DNA of 64,000 nucleotides, from the NCBI GenBank assembly GCA_040954595.2, contig CM082577.2, positions 11,689,654-11,753,653 on the forward strand, in the 5' to 3' direction. This document shows, one piece after another, positions 1-10,414 of the stretch (within the stretch, counting starts at the first letter, position 1; each line of letters opens with the position of its first letter). Made by a program: the position numbers and the translations under genes. Below the pieces are notes generated by a model. That model was not told the DNA's origin. It did not search any database and saw nothing but the letters and a program-made list of their open reading frames with translations. The stretch comes from Balanoglossus misakiensis. Its lineage: Eukaryota > Animalia > Hemichordata.

Positions 1-170
1 CATAATCAGGGCCATCAATCTTGTGGATCATACTTTCTATGGTTAGCTTTTCATGATGTGCCAGCCACGCTTCACCCAAGGTTGTTTTTATACAGATGGG
101 TGATCATTCTGCTCAACATTGTGATTATGCTTGTGTGGCATGGGGACGGGAGCCCTTTTAAATTTCCTGA
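1..170 (+). mobile_element. Possible decayed LINE (CR1/L2-type) ORF2 C-terminal fragment
   Basis: Frameshifted peptides RLFLYRWVIIL and HCDYACVAWG resemble the LY...I.PH.DY...VW motif downstream of the RT domain. Recognised from memory only. Confidence 0.25.
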
Positions 171-477
171 GAAAAACTACTCTGAAGTTGGGTGTTAGAT
201 CTAAATACAATGCCACCTGGAACCAGATCCCAAGATAGCTGCCACAAGCGTTGGAGCTTTGCTAACAGAACACTAGAGGGCGCTGTTTGGCTACTATAGT
301 TTGTTGTCATTTCCATTCATGTAGGACTAGACTGTTTACATCTGAAACTCACTTGCTGTGTTAAATGCATCATGTAACTGTAAAAATGTAATAAAAATCC
401 AAATATTGCCATACACTGAGTGACTCAGGAAAGTTTTAATTTACAAATAACAACTAAATACAACTTTATTTCATTTG

Positions 478-1300
478 TTCTCTCCACAGAACTGAAACCA
501 ATCCCCTCCCAACAGACAGCAGAAATCGATCCCCTCCCAACAGACGTCTGCAACCAATCCCCTCCTACCAGACGGCTGAAAGCAATACCCTCCTAACAGA
601 TGACTGAAACCATTTATTGATATATTTCCATGTGTTCTCTCCACAGAACTGAAACCATTCCCCTCCCAACAGACAGCAGAAATCGATCCCCTCCCAACAG
701 ATGTCTGCAACCAATCCCCTCCTACCAGATGGCTGAAAGCAATACCCTCCTAACAGATGACTGAAACCATTTATTGATATATTTCCATGTGTTCTCTCCA
801 CAGAACTGAAACCATTCCCCTCCCAACAGACAGCAGAAATCGATCCCCTCCCAACAGACGTCTGCAACCAATCCCCTCCTACCAGACGGCTGAAAGCAAT
901 ACCCTCCTAACAGATGACTGAAACCATTTATTGATATATTTCCATGTGTTCTCTCCACAGAACTGAAACCATTCCCCTCCCAACAGACAGTAGAAATCGA
1001 TCCCCTCCCAACAGATGTCTGCAACCAATCCCCTCCTACCAGACGGCTGAAAGCAATACCCTCCTAACAGATGACTGAAACCATTTATTGATATATTTTC
1101 ATGTGTTCTCTCCACAGAACTGAAACCATTCCCCTCCCAACAGACAGCAGAAATCCATCCCCCCCCCCAACAGATGTCTGCAACCAATCCCCTCCTACCA
1201 GACGGCTGAAAGCAATACCCTCCTAACAGATGACTGAAACCATCCCCCAACAGATAGCTGAAACCATTTATTGATATATTTTCATGTGTTCTCTCCACAG
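478..1300 (+). repeat. 157-bp higher-order tandem repeat (about 5 units) built of 28-nt monomers plus a splice-acceptor-like spacer
   Basis: ttctctccacAG ends at 489, 646, 803, 960, 1117 (period 157) and 1300. The monomer is approximately ctgaaaccaatcccctcccaacagacrg. Confidence 0.95.
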
Positions 1301-2282
1301 CAACTGGAACCCACTCCCCACCAACAGATGGCTGAAACCACCACCCCAACCCCACCACCACCACCCAAAAAGATGGCTGCTGAAAGATTTTTACTAATTA
1401 TGAAAATGGTATGTACAATTGAACTAGTTTTGAATGCAATGATAACTGATATATGTTCATGTGTTCTGTCCACAGCAATTGGTTCTACTCTCTGCTGAAA
1501 AGACGTCTGAAACCAATTTCCATCAAAAGATGACTGAAACCAACCCCACCCAAGTGATGACTGCTGCAAGATTTCTACTAGCAAAAAAAGATGGTATGTA
1601 CAAATTAACTTGTTTTGAATGTAATAATGACTGATGTACCGGTACATGTATGTTCATGCGTTCTCTCTACAGCAACTGGAACTACTCTCCAGTGAAAAGA
1701 CGTCTGAAACCAATTTCCATCAAAAGATGACTGAAACCAACCCCATCCAAGAGATGACTGCTGCAAGATTTCTACAAGCGAAAAAATATGGTATGTACAA
1801 TTGAACTTGTTTTGAATACAATGATGGCTGATATGTATGGTCATGAATGTGTTGTCTCCACAGCAATTGGAACTACTCTCCGATGAAAAGACAGCTGAAA
1901 CCAACCCCATCCAAGTGATGGCGGCTGCAAGATTTCTACAAGCGAAAAAATACGGTATGTACAATTGAACTTGTTTTAAATGCAATGATAACTGATATGT
2001 ATGGTCATGAATGTGTTGTCTCCACAGCAATTGGAACTACTCTCCGATGAAAAGATAGCTGAAACCAATTTCCATCGAGAGACGGCTGAAACCAACCCCA
2101 CCCAAGAGATGACTACTGCAAGATTTCTACTAGTGCAAAAGATGGTATGTACAATTGAACTTGTTTTGAATGCAATGATAACTGATATATATGTTCATGA
2201 ATGTGTTCTCTCTACAGAAACTGGAACCACCAAGCCCTGTCAAGCTGAAGAAAAGCACACGAAACCGCGAACAAATTGTTAG
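1301..2282 (+). repeat. Diverged 164-197-bp tandem units, each an exon-like block of 27-nt monomers plus a 67-79-nt GT-AG intron-like block
   Basis: G|gtatgt donors at 1409, 1594, 1791, 1955, 2145; acceptors ending at 1475, 1672, 1863, 2027, 2217; a branch-point-like CTGAT in each intron-like block. Confidence 0.85.
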
Positions 2283-2785
2283 GTGTACATTGTTCCTCTA
2301 TCTGTTTCAATGTAGTGTAACCCCATATTAGCGTTTGGCACTTCATGGGGCAAAGACAGTGTTTCCCTCATTTTATATTTGCCTATTTCTGAGAGGGTTT
2401 TTTTCACTGTCTTAGGCGCGTAACTGGTAGGGACATACACACTAATTTAGATTTCTATTATTGCATCATAACTCCATTTAGACGATTTAATTTGAACTTG
2501 GGGTGTCCGTTAGAGTAGGGCTAACCGTTACAATTTGGATTTTGTTTGATGATGTTAGGAAAATTGTGGGAATTCTCTTAGTTAGGTGACACTCGTGTGG
2601 TTCACGTTCACGTCGTGAGTGTCGTTAACCAGAAAATGGAATCTTCCATTCTCTGGGAACGAAGGACCACTCCCTTTCAACCAAACACAGAAGCTGTTGT
2701 GATCACATCATATTGCAGGTCTTATTTTGGAATAGTCTGTACTGGTGCATAGGATTACCTGTAATGACCGATTGAAACCAAACAG

Positions 2786-2879
2786 CATGGCAAAATGGAA
2801 TCTACCCTCATGGCGGAATAGAATCTACCTACATGGCAAAATTTGATTGTACCTGCTCGGCAGAATGGAATCTACCATT
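2786..2879. repeat. 23-bp minisatellite, 4 degenerate copies
   Basis: catggcaaaatggaatctacc-like units at 2786, 2809, 2832 and 2856; a related motif lies near 2632. Confidence 0.75.
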
Positions 2880-3488
2880 ATAGTGGAGGTGCATGAAGAT
2901 ACCAATTCACGCTTGGTGCTTGGTGAAGTTTGGTAAATATTTTTGATGATCTTGGTGAGCGAAGGCATTCAGAAGAGTGTTGTGACCCGATGACTTTGTT
3001 GATGTATGTTGTTCGCGCGACGTCTTTTTCGGTTGTGCAGGGCTTGTAGTGTCGCTGTCGTCAAAAATAGTGAAATTTTTTCTTATTGACCTGGAAGCAA
3101 GTTTGACTCCTACTTTTAATTGATGTGATATTCCCAAACAGCGTATTTGACCCCAAAATTTACATTTGGGCGGGAAAATGGGTGACTGGCGCAACTTTCC
3201 GGGCATGTCATGATAGGCCAGATCGCGTTCTACATATTAATGATATTTTTATATTTTTATGCTAATAAGGAACTCCTAATATATATATGTATACGGGTCA
3301 TTGATGCGACTGTATACAATGACATCGAACAAAGAAAAATATAATGGGATTATTTATAAATAGCGTCGCCGTCGACTACTGTTCAGTGCGAAAAGACTAC
3401 TGTGTCTGAACATGAGTCAATAAAGCGAACAAGGAGTTGTGAATGTTGCAATAAGGACAAACGAGTTTGTTCAGGAGAAAAACGGAAC

Positions 3489-6400
3489 ATGGCGAGTTGG
3501 TGCAGAGCTAAAAGAGCACTCCCAGTGACAGGTAGGCGATGGACTGATCAGATCAGTCTGGTCCAAAATACAAATGTACAGTCTGTCTGGGTGTACATGT
3601 GACCTGCAGGTATACACCCGGGTATACTAAGGTCGTCTTTGGTCTCGTCACTGTCTACTTTGATCTAGTTTATCACTTTGTGGAGGACCAGAGTTTATAT
3701 GTTGTTGCATGGTTGTAGGAGATGACAACTGTTGTCAACTGTGTGAACAATATTTAATTCTATCAGTCAGTTGTAATATCACATGCACAGTCTCTCTGAG
3801 GGACTGCAGTCTGCAATTGTATTTCTTCTTTACAAACAAATGGTTATTCATGATCTAGTTTGACAATAGTTACAATATCTGACAAAAAATGCCTGTGTTC
3901 AATGGGGATGTAATATGAAAGGAATATGATTTTCAAGACAAACTCAAATTTCATAATGTTTGATTGACAGGTTGGTTGTATTGTGGTCTATCACATGGAG
4001 GAAGACCATCTGTACTGACTGCTGCAAGACAAGCATCCAGAAACTTATCAACAGACTTTCTTTCTGTTGAGAGTGATCCAGAGAATAAAGGTGAGTCTCA
4101 TAACCAATTCCTCACTAAGCAGTCTGGGTAATGTCTCAGGGTGGCATAGTAGGATTGACCAATCGGTGATCACCATTGCGATATGTCATGAATATTTAAT
4201 CACCCAAGTTTATCACCATTTGTGCAAAACTTCTTCGGTGATTTTGCGGTGACTTTTGACCCTTTATTTGACGCATTAGGCAGTTTGGCTATGTAAACAA
4301 CATCCAATGGTCTGTCACTGATAAAATGGCAACTAACATGAGCTGTAAGTGAATAAGACTGACGAAATTTTCAACTTTGCCTGTCGTGTATGACACCCAA
4401 AAATGAGATTTTACGAGAAGGATTTTAGAGTCCGAGATTTAACGCGTGTCGTAATATTCTCTATTTAAGTGCGACTTATCAGAATCTGTTTTAATTGTAC
4501 GACAGAGAGCATTTTCTGAACTTTCAAACGAGGGGTCAATTATAGAAGAAAACTGCTGACTCAGCCTTTTTCACCAATGGTTTGTCTATGGGCAAAATTT
4601 TTAACACAATTTATCTCAAAATAAAGCGTTGTCACCCCTACATTTTATTTGACCAATGAATTTATATTTACTGAACTGAGCTTTGTGTGAAATTTCGTGA
4701 AAATGACAATAGTAGAAGTTTGTTTTCTAGCAAATTTCAATGTAATCCTATGGGGAAAAGACCAGGCGCGCTCAGTTTTCCGGTTTATGTTCTGAGGGTA
4801 CATCCTTACTTATTAAGGATTCCTTAAGTATCTTACAAATAAGTTGTGTATTAAAGAGTTAAGATCAGAAAAGTTCTGTAAAATATTTGTGACTACATTT
4901 CAGACATTGCAGTTATGAAGATGAACCGGAAACCAGTGAATGGCTTGAACAAACAACTGTTGACTGATTTAAATTTGACGCTGGAAAAATTGGAGAAAAG
5001 TTACAGGGGTGTTATATTGACATCGGTAAGTTTATCTTCCTTGAGTTCCACGATAACAGAATATTGGAATGACAGTTTTGTGATTCTCCACTGATACTGA
5101 TTGGCCGTTACCATGGAACAGATGTTGCTAATCAATGCTAATTATTTTCCAACTAATAGCAACGCCCTGTTCATTGCTCCGGCCAATCAGTAGTGTGTCG
5201 CATAAGATGATTGACTTGAACTATGTCAAGAGTGAGAGTCAAGACCATGTGGTCACCACGTTGCCATGATATCGCATTTTGAGTTCTATTGACATGCAGA
5301 TCTTCAAAATCGAAGAGAGTTGATTGCGTGTCCAGACCCTATTGTGTGTGGGTCTATCTAAAACACACTGGGTATGGAGACCAGCAGGCTCTGTGCCCCC
5401 ATGTGACTGCAGTCTTTCAAACTACGATACTAGTGGTTACAACTGGAGAATTTCTTCAGTAAAATTCATGAAAGTCGGACACTTCATTTTCTGTTTGTTG
5501 ATTCGCAGAATGTCAGTAACATATTCTCGGCTGGACTTGACATCACCGAGTTCTATCAGAAGACACCGGAAGAAACTGATCAGTTTAAGAGTGCGCTGCA
5601 AACAGCGTGGCTCAAACTCTATGGATCTCCCCTGGTTACCATAGCAGCAATTAATGTATGTAGATAATGTGGTTGTCGAAACACACAGTCAGATTTTAGA
5701 CCCTGCAATCTCTTTAAAGAAGGACTGAGAAAATATTGGATGCATCACCCACTTATAAAACATGTGCAGTGAAACCTGTCCATTAAGGACACCTCTGGGA
5801 CAAAAAAAAATCTGTCCTTAATAGACAGGTGTCCGTAATGCCACACACAGACCATACCAACGATGAAACATATGGCGAACTTTAAATAAAACCATGGATA
5901 CCAGAATCGTGACGAACGGGAACAGCAAAAAAAATATATGCCCACAATTTGCTTGTGTGAAAATTTTGTGGATCATCTAGTTTTGAGTGACATCATTTAC
6001 AGGACAGAGAAACGTCTAATTATAGTTGCTATTTAAGTCCTCTGTAGAGGCAACATTTTTTTTCATGACATACAGGTAAACATACTTGTATTGTTGATAA
6101 AGGGTGACCCCAAAATATAAAAGGAAAGGAAAACCTTGGATGATAATTAAAACTTGTTCTGAACTTTGACTGAAATGTGAACGACACAGACATCGTAAAA
6201 TGTGTGCAACAGGTTAGCATTATTGCTGAAATTGAAGCAATGTGATATTGCATATTGCTTATCAAAAAGCATCCTTCATAAAGATAGACTGTCTGACCCC
6301 TCAAAGAAAAGATCTCTAGGATCAATTATAATAGGCGACAAGTTGCTAAATTTTATCCCTATTAATGTGGACACGTTGTAAAGTGGGACTTAAAGCCACA

Positions 6401-7400
6401 GTATTTCTCGTAGGGGCAAAATTTTGTTTGAAACGGCATCTATAATTTCTAAAAGTAGATGATAATTGATACTGAATCGAACAGTCATCATCCCCAGCTC
6501 TGCTGATAAACTCATACAATTTACAATATAACGAGTGAAGAATGACTTTCTGTCCGGACAGAAAGTCACGTGAGTCAGGCTCCTGTTGACACACGTGACT
6601 AGTGCGCATGCGCACTCAAATGTGAATCTATGCGGAAGAGGTTTGGTCGCCCCAAATCAAGCGACTCAGCGAAGAAATGCGCACTAATTCGGCGAAATTT
6701 TGGGAAGATAACTTTATGGGAGAAATCAGTCGATGGAACCAGATCAAATCCGAAAATGGTCTGCCCATCAAAATGTCAAAGTGGCACGTTTGCTGATCGA
6801 CATGTACAACATTTCCGTTGTAAACAAACCCGCGCATCATTTCAAGTGTTACGGGCGATATTTTCGGCTTGCATGTAGCTACAATTGCCCAAACCTTTCT
6901 TACATCTTCATTATATAGTATTCCATGATGGATGTACTGGAAAAATGGGCTTTTTTCGATGATGAAAAATGGATGCACACGAGAAATACTGGGGCTTTAA
7001 TTGAAGGTGTATACCTTACTTTGGACATTTGCATAATTCGATGGAAAATGTTGTCATTATTTCCAGGGTCATAGTCCAGCTGGTGGTTGTCTGCTAGCAA
7101 TGTCATGTGATTACAGAATTATGGCCGCAGGAAAATATAAAATCGGGCTCAATGAAACACTGCTGGTATGTCATGATACTTCAGTGTTCTCCCCGGAGCA
7201 ATTAAAGCATGGTGGCCACCACTCTTTAATTTTGAGAAGACAATAGAACTTAATTAACATACATAACAATTATTTGTTATGCAAATTAGCAACCTTGGGG
7301 AGAACACTGTACTTTCGTAATTATTCTAATCATTCTTTACAATTATTTTCTCTTTTTAAAAAAGTTTATTTATCATATGAGTTGTTTTTGTTTCACATGA

Positions 7401-7434
<34 letters not shown>

Positions 7435-8321
7435 CATTGGCTGCTGAAAAGTCAAGCAAATATGTTGAGCAGCATTCTATCGTAGTTTCACGTTTTCACG
7501 GGGAATAGTTTAGTAGAATTTGTAAATTGGCAAAAAAAGTGAAAGGTATTAATACTTTTATATTATTTGACCCTCACTAATCTTGTGATCTGCTCTCTTG
7601 ACAGGGAATTGTTGCACCGTTTTGGTTTATTGATGTGATGAAGAATACAGTGGGCCACAGGGAAGTGGAGAAAGCTCTACAACTTGGCAAACTTTACACC
7701 AGTGAAGAAGCCCTGGAAATTGGTTTAGTGGATGAGTTGTGTGACAAAGATGAAGTTGTAGCTCAAGCCAAAGCTGAAATGAGCAAATGGCTCAAAATAC
7801 CAGGTAGAGTCACGCCTACAGCACTTGTACATTATGAAATTAGTGATTCTGCCTTTGTGATCGAGTGTCCTGTTCATAAATTCACATTATAGTCCTCTTG
7901 ACCTCTTGTAGTGGAGGTCATGGGTTTGATTCCCAGCATTGCTCCGTTTTTTATCCAGTATAAATGACAAAGTTTGTACGTAAAAGTCAGTGTTCACCCC
8001 AACTTAGAGATGACGGCTTAATTAGGCTTCGACATGATGGAGGGAAAGTCTTGTTTGAGGAAATGAATATGCTGTTTTAACTTTATTCAACAATTCTCAA
8101 GATCTCCCAGAATGATGACTTTCTAATATCTCTTATTGATATTTTAAATTTCAGATCATGCAAGAATCCTTACAAAGCAGGAATTGAGGAAAGAAACAAT
8201 CAACAGACTAGTTTCACAGAGGAAAGCAGACATCGATAACTTTACCTCATTTATTCAGCAAGACTCCATACAAAAGTCATTGGGAATGTATCTGGAGAGT
8301 TTGAAGAAAAAATCCAAATAA
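3489..8321 (+). CDS. ECI1: Enoyl-CoA delta isomerase 1, mitochondrial-like, paralogue A (7 exons, 298 aa)
   Basis: Exons 3489-3531, 3971-4090, 4904-5025, 5509-5655, 7067-7165, 7605-7803, 8155-8321. All introns are GT-AG and the exons join to 897 nt in frame. Crotonase/ECI1 motifs FSAGLD, AAINGHSPAGGCLLA, IGLNETLLGIVAPFW (catalytic Glu, residue 174) and IPDHARILTK are present, plus an Arg/Ser-rich N-terminal presequence. Confidence 0.95.
4119..4813. mobile_element. About 700-bp insertion in intron 2 of ECI1-A, probably a non-autonomous DNA transposon
   Basis: Absent from the homologous site of paralogue B (cactaag|gaattctt). TAA(G) is duplicated on both sides; terminal inverted similarity is only weak. 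Confidence 0.55.
5767..5840. mobile_element. Terminal fragment of a Tc1/mariner (pogo/Tigger-like) MITE
   Basis: cagtgaaacctgtccattaaggacacc...gtccttaatagacaggt carries the internal inverted sub-repeats typical of these ends. The other end was not found. Confidence 0.4.
6394..6996. mobile_element. 603-bp non-autonomous DNA transposon with TTAA TSD (Kolobok-like AG..CT ends) in intron 4 of ECI1-A
   Basis: TTAA|agccacagtatttctcgt ... acgagaaatactggggct|TTAA gives a 17/18 TIR match. Absent from paralogue B. Confidence 0.85.
7182..7309. mobile_element. 128-bp MITE with 13-bp perfect TIR and 5-bp TSD in intron 5 of ECI1-A
   Basis: tactt|cagtgttctcccc ... ggggagaacactg|tactt. The empty site in paralogue B reads catgacactttcataatt. 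Confidence 0.85.
7402..7433. repeat. (TG)n microsatellite
   Basis: About 16 TG units with one interruption. Confidence 0.9.
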
Positions 8322-9083
8322 ATTTAATGAAAAAATAGCCAAACATTTGTATTTCTCAATATGTTGTATATGTATTTGCTGATAATTTGACAGTAAAATT
8401 TATTGTTAATAACATTGACAAAAAGTGCTTGTGAACTCTTGGTTGTGTTTCAAAGACTTAAGTATCTCTGAGATTTCACCAAAACAATGTGGCTTGTAAG
8501 TCTGTCTCTCAAATTTCGTTTGATACAAGACACCGTTAAGGTTGAGATGTACCTTTTATGACACTTGTTTTTAATCGATTTTTTCTCCTTGTATTTCATG
8601 TTTCCCACCAACACATTATATATTTTCTGTTAGCTCTATACTTGAAGTTTATGAAAATCTGGTTTATTTTCCAAAATGTCTGTTCTCTTTCTCGTTTTGC
8701 TAAAAAACACACGATTTTAAGTTTTTTCACTCAAAGGCTTGGCAATAAAAAAAGACAATGCCTCCAGGTGATCTGTTACCGGCAATCGACAGCTGGGTAT
8801 AGTGGTAAAAATACCGGGTCATGGAATTTTGATATTCACTTTTGTTTTCGAACAATGAGCCTTTAAAGTGTAAACTGTCGATTTTTGCATAAATTATCGA
8901 CTTTTGTTCACTTGTGTGGTGATTTCTTTTGTTCTATCAACTTTATTGGAAATCCGCGGGTGGGGTTTGGAGACTGGTATTGTTCCCTTCCTCAGGCCAA
9001 AAATCAGAACAATCTGTGCACGCGTTGCTAAGTTACACTCTTTTGAAGTTGCACTCCAGAGCCCAAAACCGAACAGAGAAAAT

Positions 9084-9656
9084 CGACAATTTGTGTGAAC
9101 GGCACTTTCAGTTGGAAAAAAACGATCATAAATAGTACTTACTCACTGCTTTGTTATGTTTTAACGAAGTAGCATAATACTAGAGACTTTAGACCAAGTC
9201 ATTTTCATCTAGAACGTTTTGCAAGTTCATAAATTAGTGAAAAATCGTGGAAAAAACGACACCATTACGGACAGAATACAATAATGAGGTTGGTTTGTTT
9301 ATTCAGCAAACAAGTAGTCTAGAATCTATCCGTTCGTAGTCGCATTCACCCTACTACCGTCTAGGACCGACAATTTGTGTGAACGGCACTTTCAGTTGGA
9401 AAAAAACGATCATAAATAGTACTTACTCACTGCTTTGTTATGTTTTAACGAAGTAGCATAATACTAGAGACTTTAGACCAAGTCATTTTCATCTAGAACG
9501 TTTTGCAAGTTCATAAATTAGTGGAAAATCGTGGAAAAAACGACACCATTACGGACAGAATACAATAATGAGGTTGGTTTGTTTATTCAGCAAACAAGTA
9601 GTCTAGAATCTATCCGTTCGTAGTCGCATTCACCCTACTACCGTCTAGGACCGACA
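9084..9656. repeat. 284-bp tandem duplication (2 copies, 1 mismatch seen)
   Basis: Junction microhomology cgaca at 9084, 9368 and 9652. Confidence 0.95.
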
Positions 9657-9696
9657 GTAGGGTGAATGCGACTACGAACGGATAGATTCTAGACTA
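9599..9696. mobile_element. 98-bp hairpin MITE with TAG...CTA ends and 9-bp TSD (AcademH-like non-autonomous element)
   Basis: 41-bp perfect arms, 16-nt loop, TSD gcaaacaag on both sides. The superfamily is inferred only from the termini and TSD length. Confidence 0.85.
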
Positions 9697-10105
9697 GCAA
9701 ACAAGGGACTGTTAATCCCTGCCACTGATAACTTCTCCAAACGACACTAAAGCCCGTTATGTATACACTTCTGAAAACCCATTTTAATCTTATTTTCTCA
9801 CTCCTACCATAACATGTAATTAGTAATTGTACATTTGCGGGCGTTTCATTGCTCTGTGTCCGGTAAATTAGTCTATGCAACGGAACATGACGATCGAGCC
9901 CTGATGGAAGCCATACTTTACCATCATTCTGGAAGTCGCTAGACAAAGCACGCCTGTCAAATTTCCTGTTTCAAAACTGAAAATTTATGCATCGGCATCG
10001 CTTGACACCATCCACCTATTTCATACAATAGATTAGTTGTTTATCGAGGGCGAGTTTTCACTCTAATATCATACAAGCGGGATGGAAGCGTAGCGTAGCG
10101 CAGTG

Positions 10106-10172
10106 TAGTCTAGAATCTATCCGTTCGTAGTCGCATTCACCCTACTACTACGAACGGATAGATTCTAGACTA
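10106..10172. mobile_element. 67-bp internally deleted copy of the same hairpin MITE
   Basis: Left arm identical to the 9599 copy; TSD agcgcagtg (9 bp) on both sides. Confidence 0.85.
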
Positions 10173-10230
10173 AGCGCAGTGGGAATGGGGCAGATACCAG
10201 TATCATCATCATCATCATCAACAACAAGGC

Positions 10231-10293
10231 GTCACGTGATCTCGGTGACCTTTGGAACCCGAGGTCACCAGGTCACGTAAGTTCAGTTGACCC
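10231..10293 (+). promoter_or_regulatory. E-box plus a cluster of nuclear-receptor half-sites upstream of ECI1-B
   Basis: GTCACGTGAT at 10231, TGACCT at 10246, AGGTCAccAGGTCAcgtaAGTTCAgtTGACCC at 10262-10293, about 120-185 nt before the ATG. Motif match only. Confidence 0.45.
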
Positions 10294-10414
10294 AGTTTGT
10301 AAAAGCGTCGACGGGGAAAGACTACTTGTCTCCGAACGTGAGTGAATACAGCACACAAGGAGCTGTAAATGTTACAATAAGGACAGCCGGATTTGTTCAG
10401 GAGAAAAACGGAAC

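Noticed and set aside
478-1300. CRISPR-like appearance of regularly spaced 28-nt repeats
   Set aside because: There are no unique spacers and no cas genes, and the context is eukaryotic.
471-2030. Overlapping repetitive minus-strand ORFs (MQTSVGRGSISAVCWEG...)
   Set aside because: They are by-products of the 157-bp repeat shifting frame in each unit; the splice signals point to the + strand.
8310-8321. Peroxisomal PTS1 at the ECI1 C-termini
   Set aside because: The ends are KSK (A, B) and KPR (C), which do not match SKL-type signals.
8535-9083. TTAA-GG-starting transposon-like segment in the A/B spacer (similar single ends at about 12235, 17036 and 22669)
   Set aside because: Only one terminus was found in each case, so boundaries cannot be supported.
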